NCBI GenBank assembly: GCA_015064625.1 | Contig: SVRW01000001.1 | Coordinates: 132,884-196,883 of the forward strand | Direction of reading: 5' to 3' | From: Oscillospiraceae bacterium | GTDB taxonomy: Bacteria; Bacillota; Clostridia; Oscillospirales; CAG-382 | DNA length: 64,000 nt | Shown: positions 55,160 to 64,000 of the stretch, one piece after another | Layout of the letters: each line of letters opens with the position of its first letter | How positions within the stretch are numbered: position 1 is the stretch's first letter | Program-made: the position numbers and the translations under genes | Notes under the pieces: model-generated | Seen by the model: the letters and a program-made list of their open reading frames with translations, nothing else | Told to the model about the DNA's origin: nothing | Databases searched by the model: none

Positions 55160-56110
55160 TTATCTGAAAGTATTTATAGATAATCCTGCAAATTCAGCCT
55201 CTTTCGTGCGCTTCACTTCATCAACAAACGAGCGTTCAAAGGAACTGAGCTTATATCCTTTACGATATATCAGAACGTCTTTGTAAATCTTTTCGTTTTC
55301 TTTGCATATTCGATGAACAAGCTCGTATCTGTCAAGGATTTTTTTAGGAAACGGAGAAACCCACATAAAAGTTCCGTCTGTCAGAGTGAGAAGGTCGAGC
55401 TGACTCGCTCTTTCGAAAACGTATATTCTTTTATCAACCTCATCGGGAAGCTCAATTTTCTGCATTTCCGAATAAGGTAACGAAGGCACAAACGTATCTG
55501 AATGAGCTATTTGCGTAAAAGGTTTCAAGTCTTCAAAAGTAATTGTTTCTTTTTCAGCAAGAGGATGTGACTTATGCATAACTAAAACGCATGTGAATTC
55601 TGCTATGGTCTCATATTCAAATCCCTTTTCATCAAGCATATCCTTGAAATTTTTGTCGTAAATATCCGCATAACGTATTATCCCCAATTTATACTGAGCA
55701 TTAAGAATATTATTTATTGCCCTAAGTGCGTTAGTTTCCTTATACGTTATCTCGACGGGATGATCCATATTCATTTTATTTGCAAAATTAGCAAATGCAT
55801 GTGATATATAAGTTGCCCTCGGTACAGAAATAGAAAGGGTTTGCTTCTGTGTACTTCTGTTTTTAAACATAAGCTCAACGTCATCAATATGGTCAAGAAT
55901 TTCCTTTGCCTTTTTAAGAAACTCATCACCGTCAGCAGTAACTGTAACGCCTTTGGCACTTCTTTCAAATATAGTTATTCCAAGAGAATTTTCCAGTTCT
56001 TTTATTGCTCTGCTCAAATTAGGCTGTCCTATATACAAACGCTCTGCCGCTTTGCTAAGGGAACTATATTTCGCAACTTCAAGAGCATATTTCAAATGTA
56101 ATATGTTCAC
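55160..56110 (-). CDS. LysR-family transcriptional regulator
   Basis: The N-terminal HTH is LHLKYALEVAKYSSLSKAAERLYIGQPNLSRAIKELENSLG. A LysR substrate-binding-size C-terminal domain follows. Confidence 0.85.
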   Translation of the reverse strand: MNILHLKYALEVAKYSSLSKAAERLYIGQPNLSRAIKELENSLGITIFERSAKGVTVTADGDEFLKKAKEILDHIDDVELMFKNRSTQKQTLSISVPRATYISHAFANFANKMNMDHPVEITYKETNALRAINNILNAQYKLGIIRYADIYDKNFKDMLDEKGFEYETIAEFTCVLVMHKSHPLAEKETITFEDLKPFTQIAHSDTFVPSLPYSEMQKIELPDEVDKRIYVFERASQLDLLTLTDGTFMWVSPFPKKILDRYELVHRICKENEKIYKDVLIYRKGYKLSSFERSFVDEVKRTKEAEFAGLSINTFR

Positions 56111-56121
56111 AAAAACTTCTC

Positions 56122-57054
56122 CTATTTAGTCTTTTTTGGGATGGGAGGCATTGGTGGAGCATACAAAATCGTCAGAAGCATGTATACAATACCAAGAACA
56201 AAAATCAATATAAAAGATGTAAAATATGTTCTTTCAAAAAACAAATTTCTGTTTTCAACAGTAATAAGAACTGTGCTCTCACCTTTTATTATATCAAGGT
56301 CATCAAAATAATCCGTTGATTCTTCTCCTTCAAAGCGATCAACAGAATAAAGAATTTTGGTTATATCTTTACATATATCTTCACAAACTTTTCTTTCTGA
56401 TCCATTCGGTGAAGAAGCAAGTCCATTGATAAGAATGGCTCCGGAAGAATTTTCAATTCTATATATCGTATCAGCAGATACCTTTGCAACAAAATATTTT
56501 CCCTCAATGGGAAAAACATAATATTGATAAATAAGCTCACGATTTGAAATAACGTTGTCTATCCATTGATCTTCATCCCAGATACCGCTGGTTTCGTTTT
56601 GCTCATTTTTATCACTTGTTATTATTTCTATTCTGTATTCTGTCTTAAAAAAAGAATCCGAATCAATACTCAATACAACGTTTTTATAGTTTCCATCACA
56701 TTTTAAAAGCTCGTCAGCAGAGGTAATTCTTTTTTCTTTTGAAAAAACAGCAGATAGTCCCCTCGCTTCATCATATCTAACCACAATGGCTACAGTTGAA
56801 ATCGTTATCAGAACCAAAGCAACCACAATAGGAATAATTCTGATTTTCTTTTTTATAAATAAGATTTTAAGATAGTCAAGAAGAAAAAATATGATTCCAA
56901 CAACCCAAGAAACAGCAAAAGCTACAAGAAATGCTGAAATTGAAAAAGATAAAAAAAGAACTAAAAGCGAAAAAACGACGGAAAAAGGAATACAGAAGAA
57001 TATAAATTTATTTAAATTGTTAGGTAGTTTATTCAAAATATTTTTCAACATCAT
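56122..57054 (-). CDS. hypothetical membrane protein (3 N-terminal TM, ~190-aa ectodomain, C-terminal TM, Pro-rich tail)
   Basis: The ORF is 310 aa. The call rests on its hydrophobicity pattern. I recognise no family. Confidence 0.45.
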   Translation of the reverse strand: MMLKNILNKLPNNLNKFIFFCIPFSVVFSLLVLFLSFSISAFLVAFAVSWVVGIIFFLLDYLKILFIKKKIRIIPIVVALVLITISTVAIVVRYDEARGLSAVFSKEKRITSADELLKCDGNYKNVVLSIDSDSFFKTEYRIEIITSDKNEQNETSGIWDEDQWIDNVISNRELIYQYYVFPIEGKYFVAKVSADTIYRIENSSGAILINGLASSPNGSERKVCEDICKDITKILYSVDRFEGEESTDYFDDLDIIKGESTVLITVENRNLFFERTYFTSFILIFVLGIVYMLLTILYAPPMPPIPKKTK

Positions 57055-57063
57055 ACCCTCCGC

Positions 57064-57591
57064 TCAATTCAAAAATCTGCCCAAAATTCCACCGTACTTG
57101 CCAATGACTCTATCCATAGCAAAATCAAAAAGAATTATAAAAAAATCTCCAATCAAGTATGAGACTATTATCTGCCACACAGGTACGTTTCCATCAACTC
57201 CAACTGTGAACAAAAAAGTTTTTCCAAATAGAATCAATAAAGCAAATCCAAAATTAAAGATAGATAGCTTTATTATCCATTTTAATATCTGAGATTTTAT
57301 TCTGAATTGAAAATAATTTTTAACTATAGGATAGTACCCCAAAATAAGAAAAACCAAAGGAGTAAGCTTTCCCGTAAAAAGCAGCGTGCTCAAAACGGAA
57401 ATAACCGCATAAAGCATTATTCCAGAGCCGTATCCGTACGCAACAGATACGAAAAAGACAAACAAGGATGCAATAGCCGCAGAGGTAATATCAAGGACTT
57501 CTATAACAGTTCCGAAAAACATAACAGTTATAGCCGCTGCGGCAAATATTCCACAAACTGCGGTTTTTTTAGACTTTCCTCTTACGTTCAT
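57064..57591 (-). CDS. hypothetical polytopic membrane protein
   Basis: The ORF is about 175 aa from MNVRGKSKK and has 5-6 TM segments. I prefer the start at ATG 57591, because the upstream extension would overlap the J-domain gene. Confidence 0.45.
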   Translation of the reverse strand: MNVRGKSKKTAVCGIFAAAAITVMFFGTVIEVLDITSAAIASLFVFFVSVAYGYGSGIMLYAVISVLSTLLFTGKLTPLVFLILGYYPIVKNYFQFRIKSQILKWIIKLSIFNFGFALLILFGKTFLFTVGVDGNVPVWQIIVSYLIGDFFIILFDFAMDRVIGKYGGILGRFLN

Positions 57592-57598
57592 TGAAAAC

Positions 57599-58171
57599 TC
57601 ACCTACAAAAACCACAGAGACAGTCAACGCACATCATTGCCATACACATATCGCAAAGTGAACAGTCACTACTTGTAGCCGTTCTGGAATTTCCCGACAC
57701 GTTTCTCAATAAAATCATATATTCCTGATTATTAGGTTCCATTCGAACTGCGATTTCCGCATATTTTCTTGCTTCAAGAAGCCATCCACGTCTGACACAA
57801 ACGCATCCCATAAGAAAGTTCCATTCCGCGCCACGTTCCAAAGAAGGAACTCGATTCAGCAAAACCTCAGCTTCAGAAATTCTTCCTTCGTTAATAAGGT
57901 TTCTAACCTTTATTTCGGTTTCAGAACAAGTTTTACCCGAATAACTATGATTTGTATAGCTCTGACCGCTATTCCCACTGTTCGCTCTTTGCTTGGTTAT
58001 ATCGTCATAAGCCTTGTTTATTTGCTTCATCTTCTCTGAAGCAAGATCAGCAAGAGGGTTATTTACGTAGTTATCTGGATGGTATTTTTTAGCAAGCTCT
58101 CTATATGCTTTTTTTAGTTCTGCATCTGAAGCGTCAGGTGAAACGCCCAGAATCTTATAAGGATTTTCCAT
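57599..58171 (-). CDS. J-domain protein with TPR-like segment and Cys-rich C-terminal tail
   Basis: The J domain is [30 protein letters not shown] (HPD motif). The TPR-like segment is [13 protein letters not shown]...[15 protein letters not shown]. The tail is [21 protein letters not shown]. Confidence 0.75.
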   Translation of the reverse strand: MENPYKILGVSPDASDAELKKAYRELAKKYHPDNYVNNPLADLASEKMKQINKAYDDITKQRANSGNSGQSYTNHSYSGKTCSETEIKVRNLINEGRISEAEVLLNRVPSLERGAEWNFLMGCVCVRRGWLLEARKYAEIAVRMEPNNQEYMILLRNVSGNSRTATSSDCSLCDMCMAMMCVDCLCGFCR

Positions 58172-58228
58172 TAAGTATAACCGCTTTCTTTTTTCTAGGA
58201 AAAAACATTTTCAAATAGCTTTTTTCCG

Positions 58229-59086
58229 TTAAATTTCAAGACCTTCCAAGGTCTTTGCTATTACGTTTTTCGAACCGTAGGTCATAATATTTTCAATTAT
58301 ACCTCTAAGTTCTTTCGATGCATTGGTATCTATAAGTTCAAAAGCACTTTTTGCTTTCTCCATGCTTGCTTCCAACGTATCAGTTATATAATGACAGTTC
58401 TCTTTCAACGTATCAATATTAGAGTACATCAAAACAAGAGGATTATAATTATTTTCTTTTAAATCTTTTTTAAAATCGTCAAGGGCATCAATTATGTAAA
58501 TATATCTTCCAATATGATATCCTATCTCATAAGCTATTCTTTCATCCGTTCCTTCAAGTCCGAATGAAACAACTTTTCCCAAAAGTATTGCAAAATTATC
58601 TGCAACAAAATCAAGAGTTGAACAATTTTCTTTTTCCATTTTCGAAAGCTCAAAAAGTAATTTTTTTATATGCTCCCCTAAACCTTCGTTCCTTTGCTGA
58701 GCTTCCTCTGCTTTTTTTTTCAGTAAAAATGGTGAGAAAGAAGAAAAAAATTTTTTTAATCCCTTTGTATCGGTTTTATCGTCAAGCTGTTTATAATATG
58801 CAAGAATAACAAATGAATCCGAAGTGAAATCAATTGAAGCGTTTCTTGAAATCATATTTTTGCGTTTAGGAAAATATGGACAAAAACGTTTTTCTATGTT
58901 TAAGAAGTCGTTCGTAAGTGCCATACGTACTGTTGCAAGAGCAACGAAATCATAACTCAAAAAAAATCTCGTAAGCCGAGTTGTTCTCTTCCCGCCATGA
59001 CGGCAAAGTCCGCAATATATACTTTTATAAAGTTCATTTTCCCAAACCTTAAGTTGAGGAGAATGAACCCGAACATATCCGAACAT
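58229..59086 (-). CDS. hypothetical protein, DUF5685-like (N-terminal CGLC motif)
   Basis: The 285-aa ORF begins MFGYVRVHSPQLKVWENELYKSIYCGLCRHGG. I recall this N-terminal pattern from the uncharacterised DUF5685 family of Clostridia. This is a memory-based, unverified call. Confidence 0.45.
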   Translation of the reverse strand: MFGYVRVHSPQLKVWENELYKSIYCGLCRHGGKRTTRLTRFFLSYDFVALATVRMALTNDFLNIEKRFCPYFPKRKNMISRNASIDFTSDSFVILAYYKQLDDKTDTKGLKKFFSSFSPFLLKKKAEEAQQRNEGLGEHIKKLLFELSKMEKENCSTLDFVADNFAILLGKVVSFGLEGTDERIAYEIGYHIGRYIYIIDALDDFKKDLKENNYNPLVLMYSNIDTLKENCHYITDTLEASMEKAKSAFELIDTNASKELRGIIENIMTYGSKNVIAKTLEGLEI

Positions 59087-59242
59087 GCCTTCGTCTCCTT
59101 TGAGATTTCATCATACAAATCAATTCACTTATTAATCAGTATACCATAGTTTTTTTAAAATGTAAATAGCCCAACAGCAAAATTTTTGTGCATTTTCTGT
59201 ATAAATCAGCATTTATGGTAACAATTCTTTATTTTTACACAT

Positions 59243-59833
59243 ATGATAGGAATAAAATCATCTTTAAGGAGCTTTATTTTGAAAATATTCATCGACCAAG
59301 GACATAATCCCGTAAATCCAAACGCAGGAGCAGAAGGATTCGGACTAAGAGAACAGGACATTAACTATAAAGTAGGCATTCTTCTTGCAGAATTACTTAG
59401 AGCAAATCCTGACTACCAGGTCAGATTATCACGTCCTACTGCAGAAACACAGCTTGGAACAAGCAATTCCACAAGTCTTGCAGCAAGAGTTAACGCTGCA
59501 AATGAATGGGGTGCTGATTATTTTATAAGCCTCCATTGTAATGCAAGCTACGATCCCAACGTAAGCGGAAGCGAATGTTACGTTTACAGAGAAAACTCAT
59601 ACGCATATTGGATGGCGGAACGAATTTTAATAGGTCTTAATGAGTCTACAGGGCTTAGAAACAGAGGTATATTCATAAATAAAAGTCTGTACGTATTGAG
59701 AAGAACAACTATGCCTGCTATTTTAGTGGAAATGGGATATATTTCAAACGAGTATGATGCGAATCTTATGAACACTCGTCCCGATTTATTCGCTGAAGGA
59801 ATCTATAACGGTATTTTAGCCTACTTTAAATAG
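59243..59833 (+). CDS. N-acetylmuramoyl-L-alanine amidase (Amidase_3 family), no obvious signal peptide
   Basis: The motifs are KIFIDQGHNP, REQDINY, ADYFISLHCNA and PAILVEMGYISN. The true start may be internal (the L of LKIFID). Confidence 0.75.
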   Translation: MIGIKSSLRSFILKIFIDQGHNPVNPNAGAEGFGLREQDINYKVGILLAELLRANPDYQVRLSRPTAETQLGTSNSTSLAARVNAANEWGADYFISLHCNASYDPNVSGSECYVYRENSYAYWMAERILIGLNESTGLRNRGIFINKSLYVLRRTTMPAILVEMGYISNEYDANLMNTRPDLFAEGIYNGILAYFK

Positions 59834-59870
59834 GAAATGATTTTTGTTCTATTTTATTTTTAGACAACAA

Positions 59871-59909
59871 GGCTTTGCCAAGCTTATCGTAAGAAAACTT
59901 GGCAAAGCC
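59871..59909 (+). terminator. intrinsic terminator after the amidase gene
   Basis: The hairpin GGCTTTGCCAAG-(15 nt)-CTTGGCAAAGCC has a perfect 12-bp stem. TTATCTTAT follows. Confidence 0.65.
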
Positions 59910-59997
59910 TTATCTTATCATATTCAAAATAAACTCACTTTATAGAAATAGCTAACGATCTAAAGCTTAATAATAAATTTCAATATTTTTTTAAATC

Positions 59998-60804
59998 TCA
60001 AGCTTCGTTATGAATTCTAACACTCCTCGCAACTTTTTTCCTTTTAAATTTATAATTTTTGACTTTCTTGAATTTTTTCTTTGAAAAGAGCGTTCGCTTG
60101 AATACAGTCCTTCGTTTAAATCTGTTAATTTTTCTTTTATCATATTTCTTTTTTATTTTACCGTAAATGAGGATCCCTATAATACTCATAGCGGCAGTTA
60201 CAGCAAAAACAATTATTGCTTTGACATACTCCCCTTCACCAACATATCTTCCACCAACAACAGAAGAAATGACTGACGGGAATCTTGCTATCATTGTAAT
60301 TATTGCAAAATCACTGAATTTAAAAGGTGTTAATGCAAAAAAATACGTCAATAGATCTTTCGGTGTTCCAGGAATCAAAAAAAGCAAAAATGCGGACTTT
60401 TTTAGTTTTTCTTTCGTATTTATAAAGCGTAGAGATCGAAGCTTTTCTCTTGAAACAAATATTCTTGAAAATCTGCTACCCATTTTTCTCATAAGGAAAA
60501 ATATAAGAGAAGATGCCAAAAAAACCCCTATATAAATAACCACACAAGCAAATAACGGAGGTAGAAGCAATCCTGCGGCAATTTCTATAACTTCACCTGG
60601 TATTATTGCAACGAAAACCTGAAGAATCTGAAAAGCAAGAAGTACAAAACTTGAAAAAACGCCGAATGATCTTAGATATTCAAGCCATTTATCTATATCC
60701 GTTCCAAATTTGCCAAAAATATGTATCCCTGAAATTATAACACAAGTGAAAAGAAGAACGGTAAAGGCATATAAAATTATTTTAAGTATCTTTATACTTT
60801 TCAA
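59998..60804 (-). CDS. TVP38/TMEM64 (DedA-related, SNARE-associated) family membrane protein with Lys/Arg-rich tail
   Basis: The ORF is polytopic, with the motifs IPGEVIEIAAG and LIPGTPKDLLTYFFALT typical of the TVP38 family. The C-terminus is KKKYDKRKINRFKRR...KFKRKK. Confidence 0.7.
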   Translation of the reverse strand: MKSIKILKIILYAFTVLLFTCVIISGIHIFGKFGTDIDKWLEYLRSFGVFSSFVLLAFQILQVFVAIIPGEVIEIAAGLLLPPLFACVVIYIGVFLASSLIFFLMRKMGSRFSRIFVSREKLRSLRFINTKEKLKKSAFLLFLIPGTPKDLLTYFFALTPFKFSDFAIITMIARFPSVISSVVGGRYVGEGEYVKAIIVFAVTAAMSIIGILIYGKIKKKYDKRKINRFKRRTVFKRTLFSKKKFKKVKNYKFKRKKVARSVRIHNEA

Positions 60805-60813
60805 AAAATCACC

Positions 60814-61596
60814 TTATTTCCTCACGATAAAAATTTGTTTTTTACCCATAAATATATAAAAAACAATAGAAGAACATACAATAATTAAAGTTAACACAGA
60901 AAGAATAACTACGCGAAGGTTTTCTTTTAGCATAGACAAAGGAGATGTGAATCCTCCCATAAGCCTATCTGCAGAATTTCTGTAAGTTGCCCAGAAAAGC
61001 TCATCATATTCGCCAACAACATTAAAGTTGTAAACCAAATACTGTTCAATAATCTTTTCACATTTTTTTCCAAAATTATTTCTCACCTCATCGGTTGCAT
61101 ACGTGCATGACCTATATCCTTCAGGTGTGCTTAAAAACAGAACAACAAGGTCTATACCTTCAGGACTTAATTCCTTGCATACATTCTCGCAAGTTTCTTT
61201 CATTTCTTCATCAGAAGGATAAAGATAACCGCCCTTGCCATCTTCAGAGACACCTACAGTGTAAAGATATATTTTAACTCCAGTTTTTTCATAGAAATAC
61301 TTTGCGGAATCATTTATAAGAGAAAATCTTTCCTCATCGTAAAAAAGTCCCGCTTCATCAGTGAAAAAGCTTTCAAGCTCTTTATCAGCAGAATCGTTTT
61401 TATCCAACGGTTCATAATTTTTAAAAACAGGAGAAATATAAAAGCATTTCCAATCCTCTGTTGCTGAAATGATAATAGCATATAAAAAAATCAATACAAT
61501 TAAAGGAATTACAAAAAATCCAATTCCCAACGGATTTGTTCTTTTTTTCAATACCTTTTTATTGCTTATTTCGCTTTTTTTCTTTCTTTTGCCCAT
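60814..61596 (-). CDS. hypothetical bitopic membrane protein
   Basis: I prefer the start at ATG 61596 (MGKRKKK), which is preceded by AAGGTG. The ORF has an N-terminal TM, a ~170-aa extracytoplasmic domain and a C-terminal TM. I recognise no family. Confidence 0.45.
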   Translation of the reverse strand: MGKRKKKSEISNKKVLKKRTNPLGIGFFVIPLIVLIFLYAIIISATEDWKCFYISPVFKNYEPLDKNDSADKELESFFTDEAGLFYDEERFSLINDSAKYFYEKTGVKIYLYTVGVSEDGKGGYLYPSDEEMKETCENVCKELSPEGIDLVVLFLSTPEGYRSCTYATDEVRNNFGKKCEKIIEQYLVYNFNVVGEYDELFWATYRNSADRLMGGFTSPLSMLKENLRVVILSVLTLIIVCSSIVFYIFMGKKQIFIVRK

Positions 61597-61685
61597 TTTT
61601 TCACCTTCGCTCACACAAGAAAAAGACAAACAATGTCATTAAATTACTTGTCTTAATCTAAAACAATGTTATTTTCACAAACAAA

Positions 61686-61723
61686 AACCCGACACAAACG
61701 GTCATTAGCCGTTGCATCGGGTT
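61686..61723 (-). terminator. intrinsic terminator after tRNA-Val
   Basis: On the minus strand the hairpin is AACCCGATGCAACGG-ctaatga-CCGTTTGTGTCGGGTT. TTTTGTTTG follows. Confidence 0.75.
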
Positions 61724-61727
61724 CAAT

Positions 61728-61803
61728 TGGTGGACGATAAGGAACTCGAATCCCTGACCACTCGCACGTCAAGCGAGTGCTCTACCAGCTGAGCTAATCG
61801 TCC
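61728..61803 (-). tRNA. tRNA-Val (anticodon GAC), CCA encoded
   Basis: The minus strand reads GGACGAT-TA-GCTC-AGCTGGTA-GAGC-A-CTCGC-TTGACGT-GCGAG-TGGTC-AGGGA-TTCGAGT-TCCTT-ATCGTCC-A-CCA. It is 76 nt and folds as a canonical cloverleaf. Confidence 0.9.
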
Positions 61804-62031
61804 ACGAACCAACAGCACTTTTCCGCTGTCACCTTCGTGATTATAGCATACTTTTTTTCATATTGCAATACCTTTTCAAAAAATAAGACAGCAAATAAAC
61901 TTAAAACGATTTATACATATTGAACTATTGAAAAAACGGTACTATTCTGAAAGATAAAGATAATAAAACAAAAAAGCAGAGAGAACATAGTTATCAGCTC
62001 TGTTCTCTCTGCAGATGAATATCAGTTAAAA

Positions 62032-63519
62032 CTACTTATTTGTATTTGACTTATCGATCCCTATATTCTGGAACGTTGTTGCAACTTTTCTATCACTATG
62101 ACCGCCATAGGAATAAGAATACTTGTACGTGTACTTGTAGCCCTTCTTGTAGCTGTACGCCTTATCAGCAATAATAACGTCATTGATTACAGAACCAAGA
62201 ACAGTACCGTTAACAGAAGAAATGCTGTCAATAGCTTTCTGCATTTCATTATAAGGTGTTGTTCCATAACGTGATACAACAACAATACCTGCTATCTTAT
62301 TAAGAAGCAATAATGAGTCCGTAACTATATTTATAGGGGCTGTATCTATGATAACATAATCATATTTATCTTTAACGTAAGACAAAAGCTGATCAATAGC
62401 CTCACCCGAAAGAAGTTCTGAAGGATTGGGAGGAATAGGACCTGACGTAAGAATATCGAGGTTAGGAACAACGTTCTTGTTAACAGCATCTTCAAAAGTG
62501 CATTGACGGCTAAGAATCTTTGAAAGACCTGTTTTGTTTTCAAGGCAGAAATACTTTGCTATAGTGGGTTTTCTCATATCTGCGTCAATAACAAGAACTC
62601 TAACGTTAGCTTCTGCCATAGAAGCAGAAAGGTTAAACGTTATTGTGGATTTGCCTTCTCTCTCACCTGGACTGGAGATAGCAAAAATATTATTCTTCAT
62701 TGTTGGAAGAACATAGAACAAGGCAGTTCTTATAGACTTGAACGTTTCAACAAATCTGAATGAAGCTGCTCCGCCACCGCTATACGACGTTGAAGGCTTC
62801 TTTGAATTACCTTTAGTTCCCTGAGCAATTCTTGGAATTTCGCCAAGGAAAGGAACGTCAAATGCGCTTTTAAAAGTTTCTTCGTCTTTGATAGTGTTAT
62901 CAAGAATATACATAATAGCAAACACAGCGTATGTAATCAAAGCACCTAAAACAAAAGCAATGGCTGTATTTCTGAAAACCGCAGGACCGGTCACAACTCC
63001 TGTTTTGGCAGAAGTGACAGGTTTTACCTCTGTACCAACAATAGTACCCTTAAGATATTGACATATAGAATCACGAAGAGAATTGCCGATATCTTTAGTC
63101 ATTTCTTTGTCTGCACCGTTTATAGCAACACGAATAACACCTGTATTGTTAACCACAGTAAATTCAAGCATGGATTTAATTTTTTCTTTTCCATACCCCT
63201 TCGCTGCATAATCAGAAAATTCTGTTCTTATAGTTTCCCCTTCTTTAATGGGAAGATAATTATCTGAAATATAATCATCTGACATAGTGAGAAGAACAAC
63301 CGCAGAACCCGCAACTTCCTGAGACATAAGAGCGTTACTATGAGTTATCTCGCCTGTACTGCATATATAAACAGCAATAGTTGAAGTATAGGTTTTCTCA
63401 ACAGAAAAAGAAAAAAAGCCAAGAGTCACAACTCCCAATATAAGAGCAACTGCAAGAACCCACACCCAATGCCTTTTTAAAATAGCTAAAATTTCGGAAA
63501 TGCCAAATGTTTTACCCAT
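62032..63519 (-). CDS. fused Wzz/CpsC chain-length-determinant domain and CpsD/CapB-type BY tyrosine autokinase
   Basis: The N-terminal part has TM1, a periplasm-like loop and TM2. The Walker A motif is SPGEREGKST, the Walker A' VLVIDADMRKP and the Walker B YVIIDTAP. The C-terminal Tyr cluster is YSYKKGYKYTYKYSYSYGG. Confidence 0.85.
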   Translation of the reverse strand: MGKTFGISEILAILKRHWVWVLAVALILGVVTLGFFSFSVEKTYTSTIAVYICSTGEITHSNALMSQEVAGSAVVLLTMSDDYISDNYLPIKEGETIRTEFSDYAAKGYGKEKIKSMLEFTVVNNTGVIRVAINGADKEMTKDIGNSLRDSICQYLKGTIVGTEVKPVTSAKTGVVTGPAVFRNTAIAFVLGALITYAVFAIMYILDNTIKDEETFKSAFDVPFLGEIPRIAQGTKGNSKKPSTSYSGGGAASFRFVETFKSIRTALFYVLPTMKNNIFAISSPGEREGKSTITFNLSASMAEANVRVLVIDADMRKPTIAKYFCLENKTGLSKILSRQCTFEDAVNKNVVPNLDILTSGPIPPNPSELLSGEAIDQLLSYVKDKYDYVIIDTAPINIVTDSLLLLNKIAGIVVVSRYGTTPYNEMQKAIDSISSVNGTVLGSVINDVIIADKAYSYKKGYKYTYKYSYSYGGHSDRKVATTFQNIGIDKSNTNK

Positions 63520-63688
63520 AACTTTGACAATCCTCCTTACTTAATTTCATTCACGGAATTACCGTCGAAGACATTATACAACATAAATACTTTTTTGTCA
63601 ACAGGTAAATGCACATTTATCACAATTTTTATTTCTAAAATATGAATGAAAAAATCAGAAAAAATTATACATTTTTATCAAAAGGGGG

Positions 63689-63717
63689 TAGACATCTGTC
63701 ACTTTTTGTGGTATGAT
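63689..63717 (+). promoter_or_regulatory. sigma-A type promoter upstream of the RDD gene
   Basis: The sequence reads TAGACA (63689-63694), a 17-nt spacer ending in TGG (extended -10 TGn), then TATGAT (63712-63717). Confidence 0.5.
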
Positions 63718-63756
63718 ATAGATGTTAAATTGTAATATATGGGGAGGGATATTTTA

Positions 63757-64000
63757 ATGCTTGATCTCCAAAAAGCAAGCGTGCTAAAAAGATTATCCGC
63801 TTATATTTTGGATTTTATAGTTTTGGTGATATGTATAACGGGTGTTGCATTTGCACTTTCAACAATACTCGGATACAATGAACAAAGCGAAACTGTAAAC
63901 AGGAGAAAAAACGAAATAAGCATTGAACACAATGTCAATCTTGATATTGAATACGAAGAATACCAATCCTTGTCCCCTGTAGAAAAAGAAGCCTTTGATA
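63757..64000 (+). CDS. RDD-family membrane protein (N-terminal part; runs off the window)
   Basis: The ATG at 63757 is preceded by GGGGAGGG. The translation is MLDLQKASVLKRLSAYILDFIVLVICITGVAFAL..., showing the R..A...D pattern and first TM of RDD-domain proteins. The frame is open to the window end. Confidence 0.6.
   Translation, partial: MLDLQKASVLKRLSAYILDFIVLVICITGVAFALSTILGYNEQSETVNRRKNEISIEHNVNLDIEYEEYQSLSPVEKEAFD

Overview
This is a gene-dense, low-GC chromosomal segment of Firmicutes/Clostridia type. All family calls come from motif recognition by eye; no database search was possible. About 90% of the window is ordinary housekeeping, mostly on the minus strand. Recognisable genes include thrC, rnhB, rbgA, lepB, rplS, upp, prfB, hisS, comEC, a clpE-like gene, truA, ecfA1-ecfA2-ecfT, ruvCAB, murD, three M42 peptidases and adhE-rex. 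There are two tRNAs, Arg-CCG and Val-GAC, and an RNase P RNA. The one clearly accessory region lies at about 38.8-42.3 kb. It is a 3.4-kb island of four same-strand ORFans, separated and flanked by at least three kinds of related repeat. The first kind is two 177-bp elements with 22-bp terminal inverted repeats and an internal promoter-like motif. The second is two 174-bp elements sitting directly after stop codons. The third is a nested, progressively truncated tandem array. All three share the motif CCGTCCCCTGTCAG and a hairpin with a conserved 11-nt loop and covarying stems. The island is bracketed by a duplicated promoter module. I consider this the most interesting signal. It could be a MITE/REP-like mobile repeat family or a set of invertible promoter switches, and no recombinase or transposase is visible in the window. 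Secondary observations:
- a full-length P-type ATPase homologue with every catalytic motif degenerate
- a NuoE/NuoF/GltD-fusion (Bfu/HydABC-like, hydrogenase-less) operon abutting rnpB
- a Zn-type ABC importer lacking an ATPase gene, with a consensus promoter and a Zur-like box
- a J-domain/Cys-rich protein paired with a CGLC-motif protein
- phased TATCG repeats upstream of rex
- an orphan fused Wzz/BY-kinase
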